Positions 1 through 10,756 are shown, counted from the first letter of the stretch. The stretch: DNA of 62,196 nucleotides from Candidatus Saccharibacteria bacterium UBA6209 (GCA_905370345.1 CAJPKE010000001.1:1-62196), one strand, 5' to 3'. The notes: generated by a model from the sequence alone, not told the origin. Translations and numbers: made by a program.

Positions 1-178
1 CAACATAATCATGCTGATTATTCCGGGCGCCATGGATAAGAACTTAACTCATCCGATTTATTGGGTTAGCCGGCTAATTTGTATGTTCGCCGCGTTTGCC
101 GTATCATATCCCGTCAATCTATATTTGTTGCGTCGAGGCAAAGGTCACGCATTGACTCATCATTATCATCATATGTAA
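1..178 (+). CDS. 3' end of a membrane protein, DUF4396-like (partial)
   Basis: Frame 2 reads ...IIPGAMDKNLTHPIYWVSRLICMFAAFAVSYPVNLYLLRRGKGHALTHHYHHM*; the PVN..L..RGKGHA tail resembles DUF4396 proteins. Confidence 0.6.
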   Translation, partial: NIIMLIIPGAMDKNLTHPIYWVSRLICMFAAFAVSYPVNLYLLRRGKGHALTHHYHHM

Positions 179-223
179 TTTATTTGTTTTGATTTTCCCT
201 GTTATCTCGCTTATACTTAAATC

Positions 224-1810
224 ATGAAAACTTGGCAAGATGTCGCCTCTCTTTATCAAATTTATCCGCGCAGTTTTCTAGATACGAATGGCGATGGAAT
301 TGGCGATTTGAACGGCATTACCGAGAAGCTGAATTATTTATCATGGCTGGGAGTCGATTCGATTTGGATTTCCCCGTTCTTCGTATCACCACTGACCGAC
401 TTTGGTTATGATATTGCAAATTATCGAGCAATTGATCCGACTTTCGGAAAAATGCACGATTTTCAGGCGCTTCTTAAAAAAGCTCACGACCTCGACATTA
501 AAGTTATGATCGACCTCGTTCCCTGCCACACTTCAGACCAACATCCGTGGTTTCAAGAATCCAGATCTTCGCGTGACAATCCCAAGCGTGATTACTATGT
601 TTGGCGCGACGGAAAAAATAATAGCGAACCTAACAATTGGCGGAGTTTGTCTGGCGGCAGTTCATGGGAATTTGACGAGCGCACTGGGCAATTTTACCTG
701 CATTCATTCCTGAAAACGCAGCCAGATCTGAATTGGGATAATCCTGAAGTGCGTGCTGAAATGAAAAACATAGTGCGATTTTGGTTTGATATGGGCGTCG
801 ATGGAATGCGCGTCGATGCAATTTGGGGAATTTCCAAAGATCCCGACTTTAAAGACGACTCTCCAAATCCTGATTTTTATGGCAATCCAAACGATTACGG
901 AGCATTTATCCACGACCACTGTAAAATGGGACCGCATTTTCAGGAATATTTACGAGAATTGGCGTCAGCCTGCGACGAATATGACGATAAACAGATGGTT
1001 TTTGAGTTTTATCCAGACGACAAGCTGGGCGATATTTATCACCAATACAGCCAAATCTTGACAGCCCACCCAAAAGCCTCAGCGTTTTTTATGGAATATC
1101 GCGACAACGAATGGCACGCTAAAAATATTGAGAAAAAAATTGAGAATTATCTGCAATCAGCAAGCTCAACCACGCCATTTTTCTGCATCGGAAATCACGA
1201 TCAGCCGCGAGTCGCCTCCAGATTGGGCGAAGAACGCGCCCGCGCCCTCAGCTTCTTAAATCTCCTCACTCCAGGAATTAGTGTAGTGTATTACGGCGAC
1301 GAAATTGGCATGACGAATGGAGAATTAACCACTGATGACATTCAAGATAATTTTAGCCCCGCCAATTCTGTTGTTGATAGCCGAGATTTGGAACGCACGC
1401 CAATGCAATGGAATGATTCGCAATTTGCGGGCTTTTCAAGTGCAAAACCTTGGCTTCCTGTTAATGGAAATCGCACGAAGATTAACGTTTATAGCGAAAA
1501 AATCGCAAACGATTCTCTGCTTAATATGCACCGAAAGCTGCTAAAATTGCGCCAAACTCTCCCAATTCTTAAAAATGGCGATTTGAGTATCGTGCAAAAC
1601 ACTGGAAACGGCTTTATTCTCGGATTAAAAAGAGAGCTAGCTGGTCAACGTGCTTACATTTTCATCAATTTTGCAGACGCAAAACAAAGCTTCTCCATTC
1701 CGGAAGACGCCAAGATTATCACCTCGACTCACTCTGCCAATTTAATTACCGTAGAAAATCTCCAAATGACAATTCCAGGATATTGCGGAGTTTTACTTAT
1801 TGTCCAATAA
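224..1810 (+). CDS. GH13 alpha-glucosidase / oligo-1,6-glucosidase family
   Basis: YQIYPRSF.D.NGDGIGDL, QPDLNW, GMRVDA (nucleophile), NHD, YYGDEIGM and RTPMQW motifs. Confidence 0.93.
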   Translation: MKTWQDVASLYQIYPRSFLDTNGDGIGDLNGITEKLNYLSWLGVDSIWISPFFVSPLTDFGYDIANYRAIDPTFGKMHDFQALLKKAHDLDIKVMIDLVPCHTSDQHPWFQESRSSRDNPKRDYYVWRDGKNNSEPNNWRSLSGGSSWEFDERTGQFYLHSFLKTQPDLNWDNPEVRAEMKNIVRFWFDMGVDGMRVDAIWGISKDPDFKDDSPNPDFYGNPNDYGAFIHDHCKMGPHFQEYLRELASACDEYDDKQMVFEFYPDDKLGDIYHQYSQILTAHPKASAFFMEYRDNEWHAKNIEKKIENYLQSASSTTPFFCIGNHDQPRVASRLGEERARALSFLNLLTPGISVVYYGDEIGMTNGELTTDDIQDNFSPANSVVDSRDLERTPMQWNDSQFAGFSSAKPWLPVNGNRTKINVYSEKIANDSLLNMHRKLLKLRQTLPILKNGDLSIVQNTGNGFILGLKRELAGQRAYIFINFADAKQSFSIPEDAKIITSTHSANLITVENLQMTIPGYCGVLLIVQ

Positions 1811-1823
1811 TAAAAATATTCAA

Positions 1824-2138
1824 CTAGAATAAGGTTCCAGTTTCAGTATCACACTCTTCTATGGGATAAATGCCCGCACATCGAGCCGCCAGATCTGCCA
1901 TTTTCTTTTTAGTTTTCTCATCGTCGGCAGCCTCGGTGAGAGCTTCCAAGTCTAAATAGTAATCATCAAGAACATCTGGATAGCTGTTTTGGCTAGATTC
2001 TGTCGTATCGTTTTCTAACTCCTCGTCACCAACCTTATTAGCTTCTCTATAAGAGCCGAAGTCACCCAGATTATCGTTCAATATTACTCGTTGCGAATTT
2101 GTGTTTGTTCCACTTGGCAAATAATCAATACACGGCAT
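1824..2138 (-). CDS. Acidic hypothetical protein
   Basis: 104-aa ORF with GAGGAGG SD and upstream TGTATAAT on the minus strand. Confidence 0.6.
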   Translation of the reverse strand: MPCIDYLPSGTNTNSQRVILNDNLGDFGSYREANKVGDEELENDTTESSQNSYPDVLDDYYLDLEALTEAADDEKTKKKMADLAARCAGIYPIEECDTETGTLF

Positions 2139-2219
2139 TTCTCTACATTCCTCCTCTTTTCACTTTATCTATAAATTATTATACACTGCCACCAGATGTA
2201 GCGGTAGAGTTAACTTCAC

Positions 2220-2412
2220 AACACTATCAAACAACAGAACCCTTCGCTCTACTCAATTAAACTATTGTTCACTTAGCGACTGAGTTAGTGGGTGGCGGCT
2301 TTTCTTAAAATTTATAGATACTCACGAGACGCACCCACCGACACAGCCGCTAATAGTTTATTGATGCCCTAATTGTTAAAGATCACTTTCTGACATATTT
2401 GCTTTGATTGTT
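2220..2412 (-). ncRNA. Candidate structured ncRNA (rod with internal bubble, 6S-like outline)
   Basis: Nested complementary segments 2220-2239/2388-2412, 2253-2266/2352-2364, 2274-2282/2344-2352 and 2284-2294/2332-2342 in a 500-bp ORF-free spacer; G-U pairs favour the minus strand. Confidence 0.4.
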
Positions 2413-2542
2413 CTAGCTAATCTCCGTCACTCCTATAATTCTCGCTATTGAGTCGGATTGAGCTATACATTTCAATGCAGTCAGTGTAGTTGTTCTGTCT
2501 ACAAGAGGTCATCAATTTCAGATTGCCAACCTCTTCAAACAG

Positions 2543-2577
2543 AAAAACCCGCTGGCTCTCTACTTCCAGCGGGTTTT
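2543..2577. terminator. Bidirectional intrinsic terminator
   Basis: AAAACCCGCTGG-10 nt-CCAGCGGGTTTT perfect inverted repeat with A/T tails. Confidence 0.75.
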
Positions 2578-2585
2578 GCTATACA

Positions 2586-2616
2586 ACAAAAATCGTCCTG
2601 ACAAACATCAGAACGA
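2586..2616 (-). terminator. Probable terminator of the tyrS-rsmD operon
   Basis: Minus strand TCGTTCTGA-TGTTTG-TCAGGACGA followed by TTTTTGT, just after the rsmD stop. Confidence 0.55.
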
Positions 2617-2639
2617 GATTATTAAGTCATACTGTATTT

Positions 2640-3182
2640 TTACAATCGTAGGAACTTGGTGAGGTGCGCCTCCCCATAACTACGACTGTCCACCACAACA
2701 GTTTTGTCTTGAACCGGCACCTCACCTATTCCTGGATGTGATAATATCATAGTTCCACCCGGTTTGAGTAGTCTCATTAACTTAGAAACTGTGGAAAACT
2801 GTGGATTATGGTATGGCGGATCGGCAAAAATAATATCGAACTCCCCTGTTGAACTCGCACTTTCCAGCCAATTTATTATCGTTGTTTTTATTACAATAGA
2901 TTTTTCTTCGACGCCCAAAATGCTTATGTTTTCAGCAATTACTCGCTGAGCGACTCGATCTCGCTCCACGAAAACCACCGACTCTGCACCGCGACTTAAT
3001 GCCTCTAGTCCAACAGCACCAGATCCCGCAAAAGCATCCAAAACTCGCGCGCCGCGTATCGATTCGCCCAAAGAATTGAACATAGCTGAACGTACTCGCT
3101 CGCCCATAGGATGTGTCGTTGAGCCGGGCGGAGTTTTTATAAATCGTCCGCCAAATTCGCCAGAGATAATCCTAACTCTCAC
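2640..3182 (-). CDS. rsmD: 16S rRNA m2G966 methyltransferase RsmD
   Basis: MRVRIISGEFGGR start, VLDAFAGSGAVGLEALSRGA, DPPY motif. Confidence 0.9.
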   Translation of the reverse strand: MRVRIISGEFGGRFIKTPPGSTTHPMGERVRSAMFNSLGESIRGARVLDAFAGSGAVGLEALSRGAESVVFVERDRVAQRVIAENISILGVEEKSIVIKTTIINWLESASSTGEFDIIFADPPYHNPQFSTVSKLMRLLKPGGTMILSHPGIGEVPVQDKTVVVDSRSYGEAHLTKFLRL

Positions 3183-3997
3183 TTTTTTTCTGCCTCAAGT
3201 TTCCAAATAGACGCCAGCCAACCCAACATCACCGACTTTATAATAATCGGTATTAGCTCGTGATTTGTCTGCCGAGCAAGGTCCGTCGTCCAGCCGCTCT
3301 TGCTAAAATTGTCATACATTTTCATCGATGCCACGGCGTGAACTTGGTCCAAATAATACTCACGATAGCCGTGATTTTTCACTTGCAATATATCATCGTC
3401 ACTCGGAATTGCGTCCTTAAAACGCGGATATGCCACCACGCTAGCTACGCCAGCCTCAAACGCCACGTGCGTCGTCATCATACCTTTGGCGCCCCAGAAT
3501 TTCCAGTTGTTCTTAATCAGTTCAATTCCGTTATCGCCCTTCATGAGATTTTTCTTCAAAATTGAGGTTCGCGTCTCCAACCCTTCACCGCCACGAAGTT
3601 CCGCCATAGCTTGTTCCAGAGGAAAATGATGCGCTGGAGTCAAACCGTCGGTAATCGCGTGCGCCATCCATGCCGCCTCAAACGCTGCTCGCTCGGAATT
3701 ATTTGTCCGCAGTGCTCGGGCTAAATTGCCAATATGTCCGTCAATCATCTCCAAAAGTGCAGTGTCATTCGGATCGTCCGGATTTATAAAGTGCCAAGGC
3801 TCATCCACCGCTGGACTTTTTCGTTTAACACCATCAGGACCATTCTTGCCCTCAAAATGAAGAATGTTTTTAATGTCAGGAAAATCACACCAATCAGGAA
3901 GAATTGGTTCTATATTTCTCCTTGCGACTCGATCTATTTTTTGGTGGACGCCAATAAATCGACCAGAGCTATCCCTAATTGTTGTTCCTGCATACAT
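3179..3997 (-). CDS. Conserved hypothetical protein, zinc-dependent phospholipase C / S1-P1 nuclease-like
   Basis: His/Asp pattern GVHQ...GPD...WHF...WMAHAITDGLTPAHH...HVAFE matches the PLC/P1 metal-ligand layout. Confidence 0.55.
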   Translation of the reverse strand: MYAGTTIRDSSGRFIGVHQKIDRVARRNIEPILPDWCDFPDIKNILHFEGKNGPDGVKRKSPAVDEPWHFINPDDPNDTALLEMIDGHIGNLARALRTNNSERAAFEAAWMAHAITDGLTPAHHFPLEQAMAELRGGEGLETRTSILKKNLMKGDNGIELIKNNWKFWGAKGMMTTHVAFEAGVASVVAYPRFKDAIPSDDDILQVKNHGYREYYLDQVHAVASMKMYDNFSKSGWTTDLARQTNHELIPIIIKSVMLGWLASIWKLEAEKK

Positions 3998-3998
3998 A

Positions 3999-6041
3999 TT
4001 AATTTAAAACAGTTAATCGCTGATAGCGACTGACGGCGTGCGCCAGATGATTATATTGTAGCAAATCTTGCCCCTCTTTGACAAAGCGTTCAGCTTCGAC
4101 TTGAGCGCGAGCAATTAGTGCCGTATCCGCCAGCGAGGCAATTTTCAAGTTCAAATCCCCGTGTTGCATTTTGCCGTAAATCTCACCAGGTCCACGCAAC
4201 TTCAGATCAACCTCCGCCAAATAAAATCCGTCTTGCGACTTCTCAATCTCCCGAAGACGCTGACTCGGCTTATCGTGGCCGCTCATCATCAAATGGCAAA
4301 AACTCTGATGTTTCCCGCGCCCAACTCGACCGCGCAATTGATGCAATTGACTCAACCCAAAATTGTCCGCATTCTCAATCAACATCACTGTCGCATTCGG
4401 CACATTCACACCAACCTCAACCACAGTCGTACTCACCAGCATATCCAGCTCGCCATCCGCAAACTTCTGCATCACTTCAGCTTTTTCTTCAGCAGGAAGC
4501 TTTCCGTGCAACAACCCAACTCGACGATGGTTGAAAACAGTCTTAGACAATTTATTATATTCCACCTCCACCGATTTCTTATCATTGTCTGGATTATCAT
4601 CAATCAACGGACAAATAACGTAAGCTTGGCGACCTTTGGCTAGTTCATTTTCAATCGATTCGTAAAGCTTCGGAGCTGATGCTGGCGACCAAATCTTAGT
4701 CTGAATCGGCTGACGACCAGAGGGCAACTCGTCCAGAATAGAAATATCCAACTCTCCGTACAATGTCAGCGCCAAGCTGCGCGGAATTGGCGTGGCTGTC
4801 ATACTTAAAAGATGTGGCATAAAATCAGACTTTTCTAACAAAGCTTGTCGTTGCTTCACACCAAATCGGTGCTGTTCGTCGATCACCGCAAATCCCAATT
4901 TATGATACGCAACTTTCTCCTGAATTAACACATGTGTGCCGACCACAACGTCAATGTTACCGCTAGCCAAATTGTCCAACAATTGACTGCGCGCCGCACC
5001 TTTCACGTGGCCCGTCAGAAGCGCAACAGACACACCAAATGGCGACAATAGCTCGTCAAGCGTTTTCGCATGTTGCTGCGCCAAAATCTCCGTCGGCGCC
5101 ATGATTGCCGTCTGAAATCCAGCCTTCGCCACTTCCGCAGCCACCAATCCCGCAACGACAGTTTTTCCTGAGCCAACATCCCCTTGTAATAACCGATTCA
5201 TCGGATGCTCAGACTCCAAATCTTGCAGAATTTGCCACGCAGCTCGGCGCTGAGCGTTCGTCAAAGGAAACGGCAATTGGTCGACGAAGCTCTTCACGAC
5301 CGACTTATTGAACGGAATTTTCCAGCCTGTTAATCTGGTCTGTTCTTGCTTGTTAAATTGTGCCGCCAATATCATCTCGAACAACTCCTCAAATGCCAGA
5401 CGCTCACGACCGCGGGAAATTTCCTCGTGAGTTTTTGGCGCGTGAAGAAATTTAACCGCCTCAGAACGACTAACCAATTTTTGGCGCCGAATAATATTTT
5501 CCGGCAAAGTCTCGGGCAAAAAATCCATAATTGGACGAATATTTTTCATCAAATCTTGCACGGTTTTTGGGCGGAGATTTTTGATCGATTTATAAACTGG
5601 CTGAATTCCAGACGCATTTTCCATCACTTCTTTGGCAACTTCTTTTGCTAGCTCGACGGACGGATTATTGATTTGATAGCGATTATATTGCATACCAAAT
5701 TGACCAGAAAAAATAAATTCCGCATCAGATTTTAATTGCGTTTCGCGGTACGGCTGATTGAACCAAACCGCCTTAACTTTGCCTGATTTATCCGCCAAAA
5801 CCGCGGTCGTGATTCTAAGTCCACGCCGAACAACACGCGTCGAAACCGACTCGCATCGCGCCTTAACAGTAACTTTTCCCGGCTGAAGATCTGCGATATT
5901 AACCGCAGTTGAATAGTCGTCATATGCTCGCGGTAAGAAATTCAGGGCATCAGAAACCGTCGTAAGACCGGCCGCCGCTAGAGCTTGAGCAGTTTTCGGC
6001 CCGACACCTTTAATTTGCTCGAGAGGAGTTGCTAGTTTCAT
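3999..6041 (-). CDS. recG: ATP-dependent DNA helicase RecG
   Basis: RLLQGDVGSGKT, DEQHRFGV, MTATPIPRSL, GLSQLHQLRGRVGRG. Confidence 0.97.
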   Translation of the reverse strand: MKLATPLEQIKGVGPKTAQALAAAGLTTVSDALNFLPRAYDDYSTAVNIADLQPGKVTVKARCESVSTRVVRRGLRITTAVLADKSGKVKAVWFNQPYRETQLKSDAEFIFSGQFGMQYNRYQINNPSVELAKEVAKEVMENASGIQPVYKSIKNLRPKTVQDLMKNIRPIMDFLPETLPENIIRRQKLVSRSEAVKFLHAPKTHEEISRGRERLAFEELFEMILAAQFNKQEQTRLTGWKIPFNKSVVKSFVDQLPFPLTNAQRRAAWQILQDLESEHPMNRLLQGDVGSGKTVVAGLVAAEVAKAGFQTAIMAPTEILAQQHAKTLDELLSPFGVSVALLTGHVKGAARSQLLDNLASGNIDVVVGTHVLIQEKVAYHKLGFAVIDEQHRFGVKQRQALLEKSDFMPHLLSMTATPIPRSLALTLYGELDISILDELPSGRQPIQTKIWSPASAPKLYESIENELAKGRQAYVICPLIDDNPDNDKKSVEVEYNKLSKTVFNHRRVGLLHGKLPAEEKAEVMQKFADGELDMLVSTTVVEVGVNVPNATVMLIENADNFGLSQLHQLRGRVGRGKHQSFCHLMMSGHDKPSQRLREIEKSQDGFYLAEVDLKLRGPGEIYGKMQHGDLNLKIASLADTALIARAQVEAERFVKEGQDLLQYNHLAHAVSRYQRLTVLN

Positions 6042-6797
6042 CTACGAAACGGCGTTGATGCCTTCCAGAGCATAGGCTGTATCTTCCCAGCCTCTCACGC
6101 CGATTGAATCTACGCCCATTTGCTTCACTGGAAAATCATTGCCGCCTTCTTCAATTTTGTCACCAAAGAATAGAGTTTCTTCTTTCGACCAGCCATTCAA
6201 TTCAAGTAACCTGCCAATTCCATAGGCCTTATCAATTCCCGGAAGCGTGATGTCAGTACTCGTTGTCCCGCCAATTCGTACCTCAAGCCCAGGCAGCTTC
6301 TCCGCCACCTTGTCGCGATATATCGGACGAACATCCTTATACTTCTCCGCCCACGCATATTTATCTTCAGGTGTAGCTTGCTGACCCAAAGCCGACATAG
6401 TAATCTGGCTATGTCGATCTTCAATTATTTCACCCGCAGGATTCTCACACCAAATGCCCATTTCCTTCGCAACTTCTTCCAATGCCGCAGTTATCTGAGT
6501 TTTTTGCTCGTCAGACAAATCATTCGCATACTGAATTTTCCATTCATCATCGGCGGCGTCAAATCGATAATATCGAGTTCCGCAAGTCGGCATCGCATGA
6601 AACTTCTGAAGCAACTCTGGAGTAACGTTCAACCTATCAATCACCTGCTTCTTTATCTGCTGAAACGTGCCGCCCGTAATCACGCAAACGTCATAATTTT
6701 CAAGCAATCGACTAAGAATTCCAGCCATACGATCGCTAATTGGCGATTTTGTAATTGCTAATGTATCATCCAAATCAAAACCGATAATTTTCTTCAT
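6042..6797 (-). CDS. HAD-IIB hydrolase, eukaryotic-type phosphomannomutase-like
   Basis: FDLDDTL, ITGG, IGGTTSTDI, FFGDKIEEGGNDF. Confidence 0.8.
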   Translation of the reverse strand: MKKIIGFDLDDTLAITKSPISDRMAGILSRLLENYDVCVITGGTFQQIKKQVIDRLNVTPELLQKFHAMPTCGTRYYRFDAADDEWKIQYANDLSDEQKTQITAALEEVAKEMGIWCENPAGEIIEDRHSQITMSALGQQATPEDKYAWAEKYKDVRPIYRDKVAEKLPGLEVRIGGTTSTDITLPGIDKAYGIGRLLELNGWSKEETLFFGDKIEEGGNDFPVKQMGVDSIGVRGWEDTAYALEGINAVS

Positions 6798-8017
6798 TAT
6801 TCGTTCTCCCCCATAATTAATACGAACGTGTTTTTACCCTTCTTCAGCAGCGACGTGTCATTGACGACTTTATTTTCGGCAAGTTTTTCGCCGTTTAAGC
6901 TAATGGCGCCAGATTTTAACAATCGCTTTGCTTCGCCGTTAGAGCCAACCGCCCCAGATTCTACCAACGCTTCAATCACATCAATTCCAGCATCAACGCA
7001 AGGAATTTCCTCAGCCAAAGCGCCTAAATCATCGTCCGACAATTTCTTAAAATCGCCGCCACCAAACAAAACTTCAGTTACGCGCTCAACAGATTCACGA
7101 CGCGCGCTACCGTGAACGATATCAGTGACTTCGCGAGCCAAAACTTTTTGTGCCGAACGAGCGCCAGGATTAACCGCATGGTTTTCAGCAATAGCCTCAA
7201 TCGTATCGCGATCCAACATCGTAAATATCTTCATATATTCAATCGCGCTCTCATCATCGACATTCAGCCAGAATTGGTAGAATTTATAGACGCTGGTTTT
7301 ATTTTCATCAAGCCAAACCGCGCCACCTTCAGATTTACCGAATTTACGACCAGTCGACTTATTGATAAGCAGTGGCGCGGTCATTGCGTAAACTTCAGTA
7401 TTTTCTTTTTTACGGATCAAATCCACGCCAGATAATAAATTACCCCATTGATCTGATCCACCAATTTGCAGATTCACGCCATATTGATTAAATAGATGCC
7501 AAAAATCATAGCCCTGAAGCAAAGTGTAAGTAAATTCCGCAAAGCTCAAACCCTTACCATTGTTAATGCGCGCCTTGAAAAATTCGCGACTCACCAAATC
7601 TGCCATATTGAAATTCTTACCGATATCGCGAAGAAACGGCAGCAATTCCAACTCAGCCAGCCAGTCAGCGTTATCAACCAAAGTAAAATCTCGTCCAGCA
7701 AAAATCCTCGAAACTTGAGATTTTAAGGCTTGTTTATTATGCTCAATTTCCTCGTACGGAAGCAGATTTCGCTCTTCCGTGTCGCGCATATCGCCAATCA
7801 TTCCCGTGCCACCACCAACGAGCAGAAACACCTTATGTCCGCGCTCTAGAAAATGCCGAACCATCATATAAACTGCCAAATGCCCAACATGTAAGCTGTC
7901 CGCCGAAGGATCCGTCCCCAAATAGAGCGTGAAATTCTCCGAATCGATAAGTTTGTCGTCAGTAAATGTGGTCTGATTCCAGAATCCACGCCATTGTAAT
8001 TCCTCTGATAATTTCAT
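6797..8017 (-). CDS. tyrS: Tyrosine--tRNA ligase
   Basis: DPSADSLHVGH, QIGGSDQWGN, KFGKS, C-terminal S4-like domain. Confidence 0.97.
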   Translation of the reverse strand: MKLSEELQWRGFWNQTTFTDDKLIDSENFTLYLGTDPSADSLHVGHLAVYMMVRHFLERGHKVFLLVGGGTGMIGDMRDTEERNLLPYEEIEHNKQALKSQVSRIFAGRDFTLVDNADWLAELELLPFLRDIGKNFNMADLVSREFFKARINNGKGLSFAEFTYTLLQGYDFWHLFNQYGVNLQIGGSDQWGNLLSGVDLIRKKENTEVYAMTAPLLINKSTGRKFGKSEGGAVWLDENKTSVYKFYQFWLNVDDESAIEYMKIFTMLDRDTIEAIAENHAVNPGARSAQKVLAREVTDIVHGSARRESVERVTEVLFGGGDFKKLSDDDLGALAEEIPCVDAGIDVIEALVESGAVGSNGEAKRLLKSGAISLNGEKLAENKVVNDTSLLKKGKNTFVLIMGENE

Positions 8018-8090
8018 ATCACTCCTTTTCTATATATTAGTATAGCAATTTTACAATTGAAGCGAAACATATGCGTGATATAATAGAATT

Positions 8091-10751
8091 GTGAAGAAAA
8101 AGACTACGATAAGCACCGCCGGACACGGCTCAAGCGATAAGAAATCTCCGTCGAAGCGGATGAACTTATATGCCAATTTGGCGCAGAAGCATAAGACTAA
8201 AAAAGACAAGGACGCGCGCGAACGAGCGGAATATTTGGCGACTTTGCCGAAACATCCCGTAAAGCGATTCTTTTATCGATTACATCCAAAGCGACTAGCG
8301 AAATATTGGTTCTCCAAGCGCGGCGGACTGATGGCGCTAAAAATTCTTGGCGTCAGCATCTTATTGATGTTATTGCTTATCGGCGGAATGTTCGCCTATT
8401 TCCGTAAAGACCTCGATAAAATTCGCCCTGGCGAGCTTGCTAAGCGCGTTCAAACGACTGTCACTAAATATTACGACCGCAACGACAATTTGCTTTGGGA
8501 AGATAAAGGTACGGGCAATTATCAATTGGTTGTCGAATCTGACCAGATTAGCGACTATTTGAAAAAAGCCACTGTCGCAATTGAAGACCGAAACTTCTAC
8601 AATCACCACGGCATCAGTATTAGCGGTATGTTGCGCGCAATGCTCTCAACTGCTTCACGACGCCAAGTTCAGGGTGGATCAACTCTGACACAGCAGCTAG
8701 TCAAGCAAGTCTTCTTCGCAGATGAGGCTGGCGACCGATCAATTAGCGGTATTCCTCGAAAGATCAAGGAAATCATCCTCGCAATCGAAGTTGAACGCAT
8801 GTATAGCAAAGACCAAATTCTGTCATTATATCTGAATGAATCTCCGTACGGCGGTCGTCGTAACGGCGCAGAGTCTGCAGCTCAGACATACTTTGGCAAG
8901 CATGCGAAAGATCTGACGCTGGCGGAAGCGGCGCTAATTGCTGGTATTCCACAGAATCCAACTTACTATAATCCATACAACACCGCTGGAAATAAGGCTT
9001 TAATTGCCCGACAACATACAGTTCTGGATTACATGGCTGAGCAAGGCGTTATTACCAAGGATGAGGCTGAAAAAGCTAAAAAGATTGACATTTTAAGCAC
9101 GCTTAAGCCGCAGACCGAACACTTGGAGAATATTAAGGCTCCTCACTTCCTATTGATGGTTCGCAATCAGTTGAGTAAAGAGCTTGGCGAATCAGTCGTT
9201 GGACGCGGTGGATTGACGATTAAGACCACCCTCGACTGGCGTATTCAGGAAAAACTTGAAAATGAGATGAAGTCATTCTTTGCAACGGGTCGACCAGATT
9301 CTGTGCGAATTAGTAACGGCGCCGCAACAGTCGAAGACGTTCAGACTGGACAAATCGTAGCACTTGTTGGTAGCCGTGACTTTAACTACACCGGCTTTGG
9401 TCAGGATAACGCCGCAGTTTCCTATATCCAGCCAGGTTCCACAATTAAGTCACTTGTATTTGTTCAATTATTTGACAAACACGACAGTAAGCAAGCATAC
9501 GGTAGCGGCACAGTACTAACCGATGAAAATATAGATAGAATATATGGAGCAACCCTACGAAACTGGGATAATAAGTTCATGGGCGCCATCAACATTCGAA
9601 GAGCCCTAGCCTTGTCACGAAACATTCCTGCAGTTAAAGCAGCTTATATTATAGGTGACGGATCTGCAAAGCCTGTCGTTGAGGGAATCCGCAGAATGGG
9701 CGATACTAACTATTGCCGACAGGAAGAAAATGCCGGTGGTTACGGACTCGGTGCAGCAATCGGCGCATGTGGAACAAAGCAGACAGAATTGGTGAACGCT
9801 TACTCAACATTGGCGCGAATGGGAGTCCAAAAAGACATTTCAAGTGTTATCGAGGTAAAGAACAGCCAAGGCGAAACTCTGAAAAAATGGAAAGATGAGG
9901 GTAAGCAAGTTATCGATTCGCAATCAGCATACATTGTGAACGACATCTTGTCCGACCGAACTCCTGGACTTCACGGCTGGATGGGTGTCAATGGCGTTCG
10001 AACCTCTGCAAAGACTGGTACATCGGACAAAGGCTCACAGCCAAAAGACCTCTGGATTATCAACTACAGCCCAGCTCTAGTCATGGGAATGTGGCTCGGA
10101 AACTCCGACACCAGCGTGATTGGTACATCAGCCTCCAACTACGGCATGCCAGTAATTAGAAGCGTTATGGAATTTGCCCACACCCAAGTTTACGCCAAGG
10201 AAGGCAAATGGAAGTCGGGTCAATGGTATGAGCGACCAAGCGGAATCCAGACTGTCAACGGTGAGCTCTACCCGTCATGGTGGAATAAGAAACAAAGTCA
10301 ATCTACAGAGAAAATCACCTTCGACAAAGTTTCTAAGAAAAAGGCAACAAACTGTACTCCGGATGGCGCAAAGGAAGAGATTGAAGTGACAAAGATTATC
10401 GATCCTTTGACTAAGAAAGAATCAATCACCGTTCCTTCAGGCTACGACGCGAACGCAGAAGATGACGTTCACAAGTGCGACGACACTAAGCCGCAAATTG
10501 GAGCAATATCATACACCAACAGCGGTAAGAAATATACGATAAATGTCGACGTTACAGCAGGAACTTGGGGCTTATCGGCAATCGAAATTACCGTGGACGG
10601 AAAGAGCATTAAGAGTTCAGAAATTACTTCAAGCGGCAAGCAGACCGCCACAGTAGAGCTTGATACGACAGGAGCGCACACAGTTTCTGTAACCATAAGA
10701 GACTCGGCATATTACACCGCCACTTCAACTGGCAGCATTCAAGTTAACTAA
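8091..10751 (+). CDS. Class A penicillin-binding protein (transglycosylase-transpeptidase)
   Basis: EDRNF, QGGSTLTQQLVK, RKIKE; SxxK (STIK), SRN, KTGT; one N-terminal TM; beta-rich C-terminal domain. Confidence 0.93.
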   Translation: MKKKTTISTAGHGSSDKKSPSKRMNLYANLAQKHKTKKDKDARERAEYLATLPKHPVKRFFYRLHPKRLAKYWFSKRGGLMALKILGVSILLMLLLIGGMFAYFRKDLDKIRPGELAKRVQTTVTKYYDRNDNLLWEDKGTGNYQLVVESDQISDYLKKATVAIEDRNFYNHHGISISGMLRAMLSTASRRQVQGGSTLTQQLVKQVFFADEAGDRSISGIPRKIKEIILAIEVERMYSKDQILSLYLNESPYGGRRNGAESAAQTYFGKHAKDLTLAEAALIAGIPQNPTYYNPYNTAGNKALIARQHTVLDYMAEQGVITKDEAEKAKKIDILSTLKPQTEHLENIKAPHFLLMVRNQLSKELGESVVGRGGLTIKTTLDWRIQEKLENEMKSFFATGRPDSVRISNGAATVEDVQTGQIVALVGSRDFNYTGFGQDNAAVSYIQPGSTIKSLVFVQLFDKHDSKQAYGSGTVLTDENIDRIYGATLRNWDNKFMGAINIRRALALSRNIPAVKAAYIIGDGSAKPVVEGIRRMGDTNYCRQEENAGGYGLGAAIGACGTKQTELVNAYSTLARMGVQKDISSVIEVKNSQGETLKKWKDEGKQVIDSQSAYIVNDILSDRTPGLHGWMGVNGVRTSAKTGTSDKGSQPKDLWIINYSPALVMGMWLGNSDTSVIGTSASNYGMPVIRSVMEFAHTQVYAKEGKWKSGQWYERPSGIQTVNGELYPSWWNKKQSQSTEKITFDKVSKKKATNCTPDGAKEEIEVTKIIDPLTKKESITVPSGYDANAEDDVHKCDDTKPQIGAISYTNSGKKYTINVDVTAGTWGLSAIEITVDGKSIKSSEITSSGKQTATVELDTTGAHTVSVTIRDSAYYTATSTGSIQVN

Positions 10752-10756
10752 ATAAA

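Noticed and set aside
2140..2640. tmRNA, RNase P RNA, SRP RNA or self-splicing intron
   Set aside because: No tRNA-like ends, GAGGAAAGTCC, SRP loop motif or intron core found
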